Position numbers and translations under genes: made by a program
DNA from: Histomonas meleagridis 2922-C6/04-290x
Lineage: Eukaryota > Protista > Parabasalia
Length of the DNA stretch: 53,796 nt
NCBI GenBank assembly: GCA_020184695.1
Contig: JAANOX010000077.1
Coordinates: forward strand, 1-53,796
Direction of reading: 5' to 3'
Shown: piece after piece, positions 18,769 to 30,171 of the stretch
Layout: each line of letters opens with the position of its first letter
Position numbering within the stretch: the first letter of the stretch is position 1
The notes under the pieces: model-generated
Told to the model about the DNA's origin: nothing
The model's database searches: none
Seen by the model: the letters and a program-made list of their open reading frames with translations, nothing else

Positions 18769-21243
18769 ATGCTTACTTTGATTCTGCTATTATGTGGCAT
18801 AAAATTATTTTCTACAAAATATTTTACTTACAAAGAAATTTCGAATGTTAACTTCTTCATAATTCTTTTTGTTTGTTTATTTACATTTTCATTTCAAATT
18901 TTTGATAATATAACAAATACTCTCACTATTAATACAGTAGATGATTTTTCAGATGAATATGAAGATGAAACATTGCACGTTATTATCTCATATGGAATCA
19001 CAAGCATTCCTGATTGGGCTTTTAATTTTTGGGTCGATATTGTTTCTGTTGATATTGCTAATTCAGTTCAAACAGTTGGTAGGATGGCTTTTCATTCATG
19101 CTGGGACCTAATAAATGTAACACTTCCTGATTCCATCACTTCGTTTGGTGATCATGCATTTAATTTCTGTTCTTCATTATTAGAAATTACAATTTCAAGT
19201 AATGTGATATCTATTGGAAATGAAGCTTTTGCTCAATGCCAAAAACTTAAGTTTATCAAAGTTTCTGATCAAAATCCGAATTATGCTAATTACAATAATG
19301 ATGGAATTCTTTATAGCAAAGATTTCACTATTCTTCTTATTTTTCCAGCAGAAAGTACATCCAAAATATCTGATATTCCAGATTCAGTTACAATTTATGG
19401 TGATTCCTCTTTATCTTATTGTTCTTTCGAATCATTGACAATTGATCGGCAAATAACAGAAATTAGATCAAATGTATTTAATAATTGTGATGATTTAGAA
19501 ACAATTTTTATTGGTGAATATGTAAAAACTATTGGAGATGATGCATTTAGCTATTGTGATAATTTAAAGACAATTTTTGTTGGAAAGAATGTGGAAACAA
19601 TTGGAGAAAATATATTTTATTCTTGCTCGAAGTTAGAAAATATTACATTTGGAGAAAGTCTGAAAACAATTGGATCTTATGCATTTTGGCAATGCACATC
19701 ATTAAAAAATATTACAATTCCTAAACTAGTGACATCTATTGAAGATTATACTTTTTTGAGTTGTAGGAAATTAGAAAAGGTTATTATTTTAGGAAACATT
19801 AAAAAGATTGGTTCTTCAGCTTTTTCTTCATGTGTATTATTAACAAATTTTACTATTCCTAATTCGGTTACTTCGATTGGAAATAATGCATTTTCTTCAT
19901 GTACTTTATTTAAAAATATCACAATTCCATACTCAGTAACTTCAATTGGAAGTGGAGTCTTTTCATACTGTGAAAATCTGAAGTTTATTAATGTTTCGAA
20001 TGAAAACTTAAATTATGCAAATTATGAAAACGATGGAATTCTTTATGACAAAAACTTTACTTCTATTATATGTTTTCCACCAGGAAATTCTAAAGAATCA
20101 TTTGATATTATGACATCTGTAACATCTATTGGATCATACGCATTTATCTCATGTTCAAATTTAAGTAATATTTTGATTCCATCTGAATTGACTTACATTG
20201 GATCATATGCGTTTAGTTCATGTACTTCATTAAAACATATAATAATCCCTGATTCTGTTGTTTCCATTGGATCTGGTGCATTTAGTTCATGTTCTTCATT
20301 GTTAAATTTCATAGTTCCTGATCAAATTGGTTATATTTCTGATTATATTTTTTCGTCATGTTACCAATTAAAAACAGTTATAATAGGAAGAAGCGTTCAA
20401 GAAATTTATATGAATGCATTTATTTCTTGTAGGAGTCTTGAGTGTGTTTATTTTTTAGGTGAGAATGAGCCATTTGTTGAATTCGATGCATTTCTTTATT
20501 CTCAGGTAAAAGTCGTAATGACACTTGAATCATATACAGGAACAAAATTTGCGTATTTTGATATAGTCAAAGGAACAATTATTGATGAATGTCTTCCACC
20601 AACAAATACTTTTACTGGATCAAATACATTTACAAGTTCAAATACTTTTACTGAATCAAATACATTTACAAGTTCAAATACTTTTACTAGATCAAATTCA
20701 TTCACTAAATCAAATTCATTTACAGCATCTCTTCCAATTGGTTATATTTTATCAAATTCAAGAGTTTTATATAGTTCGTATTCAATAACAGAAACAATTA
20801 TTCAAAAGACATTTTATTTGAATACTATTACATTTTCTATTATTGGTTCAAAGGAAACTTATATCTTCACTAATATTATTTATTATAATTATACTGTTAT
20901 ATATTATTCAACGATTTATAATTTTTATTCAAATTTCTTTACATTAGTTAATCCAATTAATGAACAAAATAATGAAAATACAAAAACAATTATTATTATT
21001 GTTATAGTATGTATCATAGTAATAATAATAATTGTTGTTGTTATTGTAATTTATATAATTCACCGTAACAAAAATAATAAAACAATTAGTACAGAAAATG
21101 AAAATGATGGCGAAGACAATGAAACAAAACAATATGAAAAAGGAAATTCGGTAAACAGTTTTACATCAGTGTTTAGTACTAGTTATGTTGAAGATGATCC
21201 ATTTGCAAATGATTTCAAAGAAGATGAATTTATAAAAGTATAG
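18769..21243 (+). CDS. BspA-like (TpLRR/LRR_5) type I surface protein
   Basis: Many IPxSVTSIGxxAFxxCxxL repeats, an SNTFTx stalk, a TM helix IIIIVIVCIIVIIIIVVVIVIYII and an acidic tail with DDPF. The ATG at 18769 has a TCATTT Inr. Confidence 0.95.
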   Translation: MLTLILLLCGIKLFSTKYFTYKEISNVNFFIILFVCLFTFSFQIFDNITNTLTINTVDDFSDEYEDETLHVIISYGITSIPDWAFNFWVDIVSVDIANSVQTVGRMAFHSCWDLINVTLPDSITSFGDHAFNFCSSLLEITISSNVISIGNEAFAQCQKLKFIKVSDQNPNYANYNNDGILYSKDFTILLIFPAESTSKISDIPDSVTIYGDSSLSYCSFESLTIDRQITEIRSNVFNNCDDLETIFIGEYVKTIGDDAFSYCDNLKTIFVGKNVETIGENIFYSCSKLENITFGESLKTIGSYAFWQCTSLKNITIPKLVTSIEDYTFLSCRKLEKVIILGNIKKIGSSAFSSCVLLTNFTIPNSVTSIGNNAFSSCTLFKNITIPYSVTSIGSGVFSYCENLKFINVSNENLNYANYENDGILYDKNFTSIICFPPGNSKESFDIMTSVTSIGSYAFISCSNLSNILIPSELTYIGSYAFSSCTSLKHIIIPDSVVSIGSGAFSSCSSLLNFIVPDQIGYISDYIFSSCYQLKTVIIGRSVQEIYMNAFISCRSLECVYFLGENEPFVEFDAFLYSQVKVVMTLESYTGTKFAYFDIVKGTIIDECLPPTNTFTGSNTFTSSNTFTESNTFTSSNTFTRSNSFTKSNSFTASLPIGYILSNSRVLYSSYSITETIIQKTFYLNTITFSIIGSKETYIFTNIIYYNYTVIYYSTIYNFYSNFFTLVNPINEQNNENTKTIIIIVIVCIIVIIIIVVVIVIYIIHRNKNNKTISTENENDGEDNETKQYEKGNSVNSFTSVFSTSYVEDDPFANDFKEDEFIKV
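20603..20725 (+). repeat. 18-nt coding tandem repeats (SNTFTx) in the BspA stalk
   Basis: TNTFTG-SNTFTS-SNTFTE-SNTFTS-SNTFTR-SNSFTK-SNSFTA. Confidence 0.9.
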
Positions 21244-21593
21244 TTTTGGTTCATTATTTAATCCTAAAACAAAAATTAATATAAATCTAAAGATAAATAA
21301 TTATGGTATATATAATATATATTGTAATTTTTTAAAGTTATTTAATATGATAACTTTTCTTGTAAATAAAAATCAGTTTTTATATGATTATACCTAAAAT
21401 GTGTGATATTTTATGTAATAATGTATCCAAAACTTCCTTAAATCATTTTTTCTGGTTAAAACTATAAATTTCAAAAAATTATATCAAGAAATAAACTTGT
21501 TTTTTATAACCAAGTTGGCTAACTTGATTTGAAAAATAGAATAAACTCGAATTAATAGCCAAGTTAAAAAAGCAATTATTTTAAATTTCATAA

Positions 21594-22675
21594 TGTAGCA
21601 AGCTAGCGTTCGACATGTTTAAATTATTGGCAGAACCTGAAAAGAATAACATTGTTTCACCAATCAGTATTTATATGATTTTGTCAATGACGCCATCATT
21701 ATTCAAGGGGCAAACCAGATCTGAAATTATATAAGTACTTAAACTTGATGATGATGTCTCAGATGAAGCAATTGCTTCAGAGCTTCGAACAATGATTAAT
21801 CAATAAAGTAGGAGTTGTGTTAGTACATATAGTCAAATCTGGCTCAACAAACTTTTAAATATCCCTGACTCTTTATTTAAGTGTCTTAATGAAATTGGTA
21901 TTAAGATTGAACAAGAAATTTTTCCACAACCAGCTACGAATATGATCAATTCAGCTGTCAACAGAGCCACAAAAGGTATAATTCCCAAAGCAGTTGAGAA
22001 CTTAAGTAGTACAACATCTATGGTTTTAATCAATGCATTATGCTTTAATTCCAAATGGAAGACAAAATTTGATATGAAAACTCGAAGTCCGGATGACGTA
22101 TGGAAAATTGCAAATCCCAAGTTTGCATTTGATTCAATAGCAATGAATTACATGGTCATCAAGTCTATAAACTTACCAGTAGCCATTCTTCCTACTTTCA
22201 AAATGGTTCGTATTCCTTACCAAGATGAATATTCTATGGTTATTTGTCTTCCTCATGAAATAAAACCAATCGAAATCACTGAAGAAGAATTTATGACAGG
22301 AATTAATTCAATGTCAAGCACCAATATCAGATTAATAATGCCAAAATTTGAATTCTCATCCCACATAGACCTTGTTCCTGTTTTGAAATCACTTGGAATG
22401 AATTTAATTTTCTCAGAAAATGCAGAATGCCCGAATGAAGAATTCCAGTATTATGTTTCAGGATTTGGTACCAGAAGGTGAAAATCGATGTTTCTGAGAC
22501 ATCAACAGTCGCAGCTGCTGTGTCGACCATGGAATACAGACCTAAAAGCCATAGTTCTAGGAACCAACCAACAATATTTTGGGTAAATTACCCTTTCTTT
22601 TTCGTGATAATGAACAATTCAACAAATGCAATTTTGTTTGCTGGTAATGTCTATTTACCTAAGATTGAATATTAA
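21594..22675 (+). pseudogene. Serpin pseudogene
   Basis: One frame from LAFDMFKLL...VSPISIYMILSM carries two in-frame TAA codons, then VLINALCFNSKWKTKF. A frameshift at ~22470 precedes KVKIDVSETSTVAAA (hinge) and FWVNYPFFFVI. Confidence 0.85.
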
Positions 22676-23167
22676 ATATTTCATATACTTGATATAATTA
22701 TTTCATTAAATCCGAATAATACCACTTTTTTTTGAGGAACTTTTGAAGAATTGGAACCTTGTTCAACAAGTGATTAAGCGGAATTTATTAAAAAAAATCA
22801 TGATCAAGGAAATATTTTTTACTTTGGAAGCAAGTGAAATGGAATATTAAAGTTTTTCAGCATGATTCTTGCTAAAATACACATTTTTTTTCTTATAACA
22901 ACAGAATCACAGCTTTAGCATGAATGCATTTATTAAAGTCAAAATCCTTAATATCCTTTATAAGTAAATGATTCACATGTTTCTTGTAATGTATATTAAA
23001 TATTTAATTATAACATGATAAAGTATCTAAAGAATTACTCAACACAAAAAGTTTTGTTCCATTTAAGCGCCAATGATTATTTAAGTAAATTTTATCATTT
23101 ATTCGAATATTCTTAATATCAACATAAAATTATTAAATTTTTACTTAACAATTTCAATAAAACAAAT

Positions 23168-24361
23168 TCACGAAGTGTTAAAATGTGATTCTCTTCGATG
23201 CAACTTCGCCAAATTCCTTGACAAGAACAGTCCTCCCGATAGCGAAAAGTTGGACAATGCCTTTTGCGTGTACACTCTTGTGTTCTTGAACCATTCCTTT
23301 CTCGGGTGTTCCTCGAATACCAACTTCAAGTCGTTTGCAATATTGTTCATTATTTCGTAATTTTTCACTTGCGAAACAGATATCAAAAACACTCTTTGGC
23401 ATGGGATACCTAAGCTGAGTGTTTGCGCAGCTCGCATTATGAATCTAAAGTGCATAACAAACGCTTTCATCGCATCTTCGTCTTCTCTTTTGATGGCTTT
23501 TTGCCTGATTTCATCGTAACTTGCACATTTATTGGTAGCAACATTTTTTTGCGTCTTAAGATACATGTACGCAAGCTCAAGACCGCGGCAGGCGCATAAG
23601 TCTTCCCATTCTGGTTGATGTGAACCGCCGTGGAGTTTTTGACTGACAAATTGAATGAACCGATATTCGTCTTCATAATATGGGTCGTTAGGCTCACAAC
23701 GGATAACTTGGCAATGGCCTGCTTCTGATGAAACTACACAGTTGTAATCGCTACAATTATCCCGACAAATATATGAAGCACCAAAACCTGAGCCAATGGA
23801 TAAAACTAGAGATGAACCATCAAGCTTTTGATCATCTGGTTCAGGTGAGCCGATTAATAATGAAAAAACTTCGTTAAAGATGGACTCTTTGGCAATGATC
23901 CCATATGAAGCGGCTTCAAGATCATTCATAAACTTACGACGGCCTAATGGAAATATATCAAAAGGTAGCTGAGTAAAATGTATGACTCGCTCACGTGCTT
24001 CACATTGCCAATTAGTTACTACAACATGATCTTGTGAAACTGGTCCGGCAAAACTCATGGTGGCAAAAACAACTGTGCAGTCATGCTGAGCAAATGCCGC
24101 GCTGATAGAATCAAATTTTTCTTGAACTTGTGATGATTTTGTGACTTTATACGCAGGAATGTATATCGAATTTTTTGGAAAAACAACAGATTGATTGCTC
24201 TCTTTGTCTGCGGTGGGTGGTGCTGGACAAACAGCAATGCGCATATCATTAGAATTGACCCATATAGTTAAACACAAATTGTTCAACTCTTCTTTATCCC
24301 AGTTACTGAGCGCAGCAAAGTCGTTGTCACTAAAAGAGATTGAGTGAGTGGATGCAACCAT
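23168..24361 (-). CDS. Glucokinase-like (bacterial Glk-type fold) protein, divergent
   Basis: AGPV, FMNDLEAASYGI, SIGSGFGASYI, SSEAGH and WEDLCACRGL motifs; ATG at 24361. Confidence 0.8.
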   Translation of the reverse strand: MVASTHSISFSDNDFAALSNWDKEELNNLCLTIWVNSNDMRIAVCPAPPTADKESNQSVVFPKNSIYIPAYKVTKSSQVQEKFDSISAAFAQHDCTVVFATMSFAGPVSQDHVVVTNWQCEARERVIHFTQLPFDIFPLGRRKFMNDLEAASYGIIAKESIFNEVFSLLIGSPEPDDQKLDGSSLVLSIGSGFGASYICRDNCSDYNCVVSSEAGHCQVIRCEPNDPYYEDEYRFIQFVSQKLHGGSHQPEWEDLCACRGLELAYMYLKTQKNVATNKCASYDEIRQKAIKREDEDAMKAFVMHFRFIMRAAQTLSLGIPCQRVFLISVSQVKNYEIMNNIANDLKLVFEEHPRKEWFKNTRVYTQKALSNFSLSGGLFLSRNLAKLHRRESHFNTS

Positions 24362-24920
24362 CGACAAAAAATTTTATTCAGCTTGATCAAACGGTCGATC
24401 GGAGGTTGGAAAATTCAAGGCGGTTTTTGTCATTCATTTTTCTATAGTTTACTGAGATGATATGATTTTTTCTGGCTAATTCATTGAGGATTATTTGTTG
24501 TTAAATTTCATAAATCTGATAATAATACCTAGTAAAACATAACAAAAACTAGTTTATATACAAGTATAAAATTTTCATTCAAAAATAAGAAAAATTTGAT
24601 CATCATACTCTGATATGGGTATGGGGAAATTTGGATTTATTCAAATTAATAATATATATTATGGGAAAGTTATTTGGTTGAGTGTAAAACTTGGTTTTGA
24701 GTTTCATTGCGCAAGTGATATTTATTGTCTGAATAAATTTATTACGAAATTCAATTTTTCATAATTATAATAGCAATAATAATATCTATTAATTGGACAC
24801 AGAGCAATATCTATTAAATAGAATAAAATTAATAAAGCTCCTTTTGTTTTAAAGATATTTTTATTTGAAAAGCGGTTTACATTTACTGGTTCAAAGCTTT
24901 CACCTTTGGATCCCCTTTCC

Positions 24921-25427
24921 ATGCAAATCGAAGTCGATTTCATTGGTGCAGAAAGGGATTTAAATGATAAAAAAGAGTACTACGTTCGGTTATGCAGGAA
25001 AAATAATGAACCTTCCAAATGGCTTTGGTTGGAAAAAGATCATTTCATTTTAGTCAATGAAAATACAGAAAAAGAAATTATTGAGGAAAGAGGTAAGAAA
25101 AAAGGAAGAAAGAAAAATCGGAGTGCGAAACAAACTGAAGATTTCCAACACGTAAACATCAACGAACATGATGATCTTTATGCGATATATTTCAAAAAAT
25201 CACTGGATGGATCTTTAAAAGAAATCCCAGACAAAGACCCAAACAAAAATTTATTGAAAATCACAAATATTATCGATTTTACAATAACAAAAGGAGTTAT
25301 TTTGTGGAACATAGAGGAAGAAGGAGCAATCCATCCCAAGAAAATAAGACACAGTGAATTAAAAAAAAGAAACATCAATCTTTTTTTAGAATATGCCAAA
25401 TCTCTCCTTCCAATAAAAACAAATTAA
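24921..25427 (+). CDS. 168-aa protein, possibly chromo plus chromo-shadow-like (HP1-like layout)
   Basis: EYYVRL...WLWL N-terminal block, a basic hinge (KKKGRKKNR), and a C-terminal ITNIIDF...ILWNI...LKKRNINLFLEY block. The match is weak. Confidence 0.4.
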   Translation: MQIEVDFIGAERDLNDKKEYYVRLCRKNNEPSKWLWLEKDHFILVNENTEKEIIEERGKKKGRKKNRSAKQTEDFQHVNINEHDDLYAIYFKKSLDGSLKEIPDKDPNKNLLKITNIIDFTITKGVILWNIEEEGAIHPKKIRHSELKKRNINLFLEYAKSLLPIKTN

Positions 25428-25874
25428 TTAAATCTTTTACAGCTTACGCGCAAATAACATTAGTGAAAGAAATTTTGAAAAAATTCATGAAATTCAAATA
25501 AGATGCTGTCAACCAAATAAACGGTCGTTTCAAATCAGAAAATCAATTTTTTTCATTTTCCACTGAAATAAATTTAAAAAAATATAAATAAAAAAGTATA
25601 CACATTCTATTCAATAAAATTATCTTAACCAAATTTTGTTATCTTATTTTTTTATGAGCAATCTCCAAAATTTCAAAATGCTTTTTTGGGCTCTAGAATC
25701 AAATACAGAAATACAAATTCAATAAATATATAGAACTAATAATAGTCAATATTAATTTATATAATTTTTTTATAGTTTTTATTCTGTTTTTAAGTTATAC
25801 AAGATTTTCAATATCTATAGACCAGAGCAAAAATTCAAAAATTTGTCTTTACAATTTTTTATAATTCATATGTT

Positions 25875-25952
25875 CTATAAATAGGATAATTCTTGAAGCA
25901 ATTTATTCATTATTGGAGGCTCTGGACAAAGAAAAAAAATGACTTTTTGAAT
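25875..25952 (+). repeat. Dispersed ~78-bp repeat upstream of tRNA-Glu
   Basis: About 83% identical to 32107-32184. Confidence 0.75.
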
Positions 25953-26109
25953 TAATTTTGCGGAGGAACGAATCTTGATTTGTAACCGCATTGATTGTTC
26001 CTCCAATAGTGAGCGATACTCACAACAAGTAACCAAATGAATATTCATAGATAACATTAAAACTATTATTTTGATAATCAAATATTTGATAAAAAATCTT
26101 TTTTCGGGT

Positions 26110-26181
26110 TCCGGCTTCGTTCATCGGTTAGGATATACGGTTCTCATCCGTGCGAGCGGGGTTCGACTCCCCGAGCCGGAG
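26110..26181 (+). tRNA. tRNA-Glu(CTC)
   Basis: Acceptor TCCGGCT/AGCCGGA, anticodon loop TTCTCAT, T-arm CGGGG-TTCGACT-CCCCG, followed by a T-run terminator. Confidence 0.96.
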
Positions 26182-26285
26182 TTTTTTTTATATATTTGTA
26201 GAAAATGATTTTTGCAATTGAATTTTCAATTTTTCATTGATTGTTTTTGATATAAAACAGATCCAATTTATAAAAATTACTTTAC

Positions 26286-27137
26286 TTATTGTTCATCGTA
26301 GTAAGGTGCTCTTATTGGATCTATTTGCTTAAGTTTCTCCTTTAGTTCGGAAATCTTCTTTTCGTCCGGATTTGGAAGTGCTCTTTGTAGCCAAATTCCA
26401 GCAAGATAAGGATATTTGCACTTTGGCTCATCATGCATTAATTCGTCCATACCGCTTACTTCCTCTTGTAGAAGTTCCACATTTTCTTTGATTGAAGGAC
26501 GAGTAAGAAGCCATCGATAGTAGATCCAACTTGATTGATCATTAGGATCGGTCCAAAATGCAGCTTTGGCAGTTTCTATCTCTTCTTCAAAGTTTGTGAG
26601 GTTTGGTAGTTGTGAACGGTAGTGCCATGCACTGAAATTACTGAAATTGGCTGCAATTAACTTGGATGAAAAAGCAAGTTCTTGAGTATATATGTCTTCA
26701 CCACAGCGTGAAACAGCCCAACGGCGGTGACGCCAGACATGGAAATTACGGCAATCGGCAGCTAAGTATTGATTGCATAGTTCGACTTCATATTTATAGT
26801 CAAAGTTCTCACAAAGATCTGCACACCAACGACGGTGATGCCACGCCCAATAAGCTTTAGGGTTCTTACGAAGTACTTGTAACGCAACTTGAAGTTCTTT
26901 TGTTAGATTCTCTTCAGTTTTGTTTTCAAGAACTCTCTTCTTACGCATATTCCATAGTGTAGCAAAGTCGTCAAGGTAAACCAATAATTGTGCTGACTTT
27001 GGTAAAAATTCTTCGAATTTGGTAGGGTCTTTAATAGCTTCATTTGCTTCAGCAATCATTTCTTTAAGCATCTTTGCTTTCTTTTGGTCTTTGATTCTTT
27101 CTGCTTCATCAATCGAAACCTTCTTTCTTCCGTGCAT
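26286..27137 (-). CDS. RABGGTA: Rab geranylgeranyltransferase alpha subunit
   Basis: MHGRKK start and PPTA repeats NPKAYWAWHHRRW, RNFHVWRHRRW, NFSNFSAWHYR, TDPNDQSSWIYYRW, and IDPIRAPYY. Confidence 0.93.
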   Translation of the reverse strand: MHGRKKVSIDEAERIKDQKKAKMLKEMIAEANEAIKDPTKFEEFLPKSAQLLVYLDDFATLWNMRKKRVLENKTEENLTKELQVALQVLRKNPKAYWAWHHRRWCADLCENFDYKYEVELCNQYLAADCRNFHVWRHRRWAVSRCGEDIYTQELAFSSKLIAANFSNFSAWHYRSQLPNLTNFEEEIETAKAAFWTDPNDQSSWIYYRWLLTRPSIKENVELLQEEVSGMDELMHDEPKCKYPYLAGIWLQRALPNPDEKKISELKEKLKQIDPIRAPYYDEQ

Positions 27138-27143
27138 TTTGCT

Positions 27144-27176
27144 GTCACTTTTTTGGGCAAACATTCGAAAAGTGAC
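27144..27176. promoter_or_regulatory. Bidirectional promoter with two divergent AAAGTGAC motifs
   Basis: GTCACTTT at 27144-27151 and AAAGTGAC at 27169-27176, within an 80-bp head-to-head gap. Confidence 0.55.
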
Positions 27177-27217
27177 AAAAACAAATTTTAAACGTCTTCT
27201 TGAGAACGTTTATTATT

Positions 27218-28708
27218 ATGCTTGAAGCGATTTCTTCTTCTTGCTTAAAATCACCTGTAATACATTCAGAATGGTCCCCAAAAATCGACGTAATTGCTTT
27301 AACATATGCTGTTTCACCTGACTTAATTGAACTTAGGAGAATGGATTGGACAAAAGTCAATTCAATAAAATTAAATTCTCCAATAAATACATTTTGCTTC
27401 AATTCGAATGGAAGAAATATATGTGTTGCAACAAGTGATAATATATTATCTCTTTTTAATATTGAAAATAGAGAACTTTTATCTTCAATTTCATTTAATT
27501 CAGAAATTACAGCAATTGCATTTGGGGAATACAACGGAATTAACATATCAGCAGTAGCTCTTGATAACTCGGAAATATCTCTTTTTTCAGATTTTCATTT
27601 TGCTTTATGCAGTATTTCATTACCTCTCCCAGCAATTAAATTATCATTAGATGGAATGAATCTTTATGCAGTCTTAGAAGATTACACAACAGTTTCTCAC
27701 TATTCGCTTCCATTTCTAAATGATTATTCAGTAATTCATTCTATTTCTTCATCATTATCAGAATACTGGAATCACCACCAAATTATCAACAATTCGAAGG
27801 CGTTAATTCATGAGTCATGGAAACGTATTTGGGATGAATCCAAACAATTTTCAAATTTCAAAGATCAAATTGTTAAATCTTTCCTTACAGGAACAACGCC
27901 ACCAACCATTTCTACCGAAGTTCACCGTTCGAGAGTTCATAAATCCATTATTCACGAATTTGATCAAATTCAAAGCATTATTGCAGATCAGATTATTCCA
28001 TCATTTTTATCTATGGACAAAGCATCGAATAGTCTTTTTGAAACCTTGGAATTCTTGCCCGCTCTTGGAATTACCTTGGACTCAATAGATTCAAGTACAC
28101 AGATCAAAAAGTGCGTTTCAATCCTCAAAAGCATTCGAAAACTCAAAAACTGTTTTGATGCACTTTTTTGTTATTTGGATTCACCGCAAACGGTTTTAAC
28201 CGACTTAGAAAAGTTATCTGTTCCAAATGCTCAATTTGCGGATTTTCTTATTAATTACTTCCAGATGTTTGATATGCTAGAGTTCTCAACTGGCGAAGGT
28301 CCTATATGTAAACCTGTTTATAATGCTATTCAAGAAAGAAACATAGAGTTAACAGGAGTTATATCGTCAATGCGATGTGGTAAATGTTGTTGCATTGCTG
28401 AAACTATTTTAGTGTATTCGCTTAGAGAAAATAAAATAACCGAGTTAATTGTCGAAGGAAGGCCACTTGCTGCTTATGCATTTGACGATGAATCTATTGG
28501 TTGTTTTTACAATAATGACGGAAAGATAATGTTCAAGATGATAGGCGAAGAAGAACAAGAACCAAATGAAGTATCATTGATTGGAGCATCTGTATTTGTA
28601 TTTAGCCCAAGGAAAATTGCACTTGTATCTTCTGACGAATTGTTTTGTTCTGTTGTTGATCTTGAATCTTGTGCTGGTGAAGAAGAGGAAATCGAGGAAG
28701 ATGAATAA
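27218..28708 (+). CDS. Anaphase-promoting complex subunit 4-like WD40 protein
   Basis: N-terminus EWSPKIDVIAL...RRMDWTKV...FCFNSNGRNICVA matches the APC4 WD40 pattern, followed by a helical middle and a beta C-terminus. Confidence 0.65.
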   Translation: MLEAISSSCLKSPVIHSEWSPKIDVIALTYAVSPDLIELRRMDWTKVNSIKLNSPINTFCFNSNGRNICVATSDNILSLFNIENRELLSSISFNSEITAIAFGEYNGINISAVALDNSEISLFSDFHFALCSISLPLPAIKLSLDGMNLYAVLEDYTTVSHYSLPFLNDYSVIHSISSSLSEYWNHHQIINNSKALIHESWKRIWDESKQFSNFKDQIVKSFLTGTTPPTISTEVHRSRVHKSIIHEFDQIQSIIADQIIPSFLSMDKASNSLFETLEFLPALGITLDSIDSSTQIKKCVSILKSIRKLKNCFDALFCYLDSPQTVLTDLEKLSVPNAQFADFLINYFQMFDMLEFSTGEGPICKPVYNAIQERNIELTGVISSMRCGKCCCIAETILVYSLRENKITELIVEGRPLAAYAFDDESIGCFYNNDGKIMFKMIGEEEQEPNEVSLIGASVFVFSPRKIALVSSDELFCSVVDLESCAGEEEEIEEDE

Positions 28709-29074
28709 ATAATGTTATTTTTCATTTTTATCAAAAAAACAAACAATGTTATTTTTTCATAAGAGCATTCGCATGATTTTTAATTTTAGATATTATTTAT
28801 TTTCAAAAATAATTCCATTCTCATAGGAATAAAATCCTCAGTTAAAATGTTTACTTTAAATTAGTGTTTTTTTCAGTATTAATCTGATGAAATTGTCTTT
28901 GTGCCAAGAAGAAACCGACAGTTTACAACGGCTGTGTAAGTTCAACCTAAGAAAAAGTTATTTCTTGGGTATTCAATATTGAATTCTACTCAATTCATAT
29001 AGAAAAATCCAATGAAATTATTCTTGGTTTTGAATCATGTGTAGAGTTTGGTCGGTGAACAGTTTTAATTCGAA

Positions 29075-30070
29075 ATGAAAAAATTTTGCTCATGTCTCCC
29101 TCCAATCGACGAAGCATGTTCACATCAAACAGAGCTTTCACATATCAGTGACGAGGAATTCCAAAATCTTTTTGAGCCATATCATTTTACATGGTATCAT
29201 AGAGTTTACCAAGCAGTTTGCTTCTTTGTCTTTTTAGGACCAATAAGAGTTATTGTTCCATTTGTTCTTTTCTTACTTTCTATAATTGTTAATACAATCC
29301 TTCGCGGTATTTTGCATTTGCTTGGAATGGGAGATAAATTCCACAAACCGTTCATGAATTTCATGATTGCCGGTTTCCGATTTCTCTTATATTCGTTCGG
29401 TCATGTTTGGATAAAAGTTTCAGGTAAAATTGATCCAGAAGCTCGAATTTTCATATCAAATCATTTTAGCTTTGCTGACCCATTTGCAATCCTAACAGCA
29501 GTTCATGCATCCTTTGTTATGAAGAAAGAACTTTCAGAAAATCCAGTCTTTTCTCTGATATATGAGAATAATGATCCAATATATGTTGATCGTAAAGTTT
29601 CCACAGGTGCATCAAAGTACATAATTGAACGCGCTAAGGATCACGCAAGACCTCCTGTCCTTATTTTCCCTGAAGCTGCCACATCAAGAGCCGAATATAT
29701 TCTCAAATTCCATCGTGGCGCATTCATTACAGACGAAAAAGTTCAACCGATATGTATGAGGCATTGGCAAATGTTTGTTCCTAAGGGTTGGAACTCATAT
29801 GCATGGCCAGAACCTGGAATGATTGGTCATATCTTAAGACTTTTAACAATGCCATTCTCAATTATCACAATAGAGTTCCTTCCAGCAATCACTCTTAAGA
29901 AGGAGGGCAAAGGAAGCGTAGAAGAATTTGCGAAATATGCACAGCTTTTAATTGCAAATCACCTTAAGGTGAAAGCTATTGATAATTCAAGTGATGACCA
30001 TTTCAAGCTTAAACGCCAAAACGCTAACCAAATGAACCAAGAAAGAGAAGGAAAGATCAAAAGCAACTGA
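29075..30070 (+). CDS. Lysophospholipid acyltransferase (LPCAT/AGPAT family)
   Basis: NHFSFAD (HX4D), IYVDR and FPEAATS motifs plus an N-terminal TM segment. Confidence 0.9.
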   Translation: MKKFCSCLPPIDEACSHQTELSHISDEEFQNLFEPYHFTWYHRVYQAVCFFVFLGPIRVIVPFVLFLLSIIVNTILRGILHLLGMGDKFHKPFMNFMIAGFRFLLYSFGHVWIKVSGKIDPEARIFISNHFSFADPFAILTAVHASFVMKKELSENPVFSLIYENNDPIYVDRKVSTGASKYIIERAKDHARPPVLIFPEAATSRAEYILKFHRGAFITDEKVQPICMRHWQMFVPKGWNSYAWPEPGMIGHILRLLTMPFSIITIEFLPAITLKKEGKGSVEEFAKYAQLLIANHLKVKAIDNSSDDHFKLKRQNANQMNQEREGKIKSN

Positions 30071-30171
30071 ATTCCAAAAAGTGAAAACCGAATTTTCATC
30101 TGAAAAAGTGTACTCATAAAATAAAAACCGTAATTTGACTAAACGTTTTGTTTTGACATGTGATATGAATT

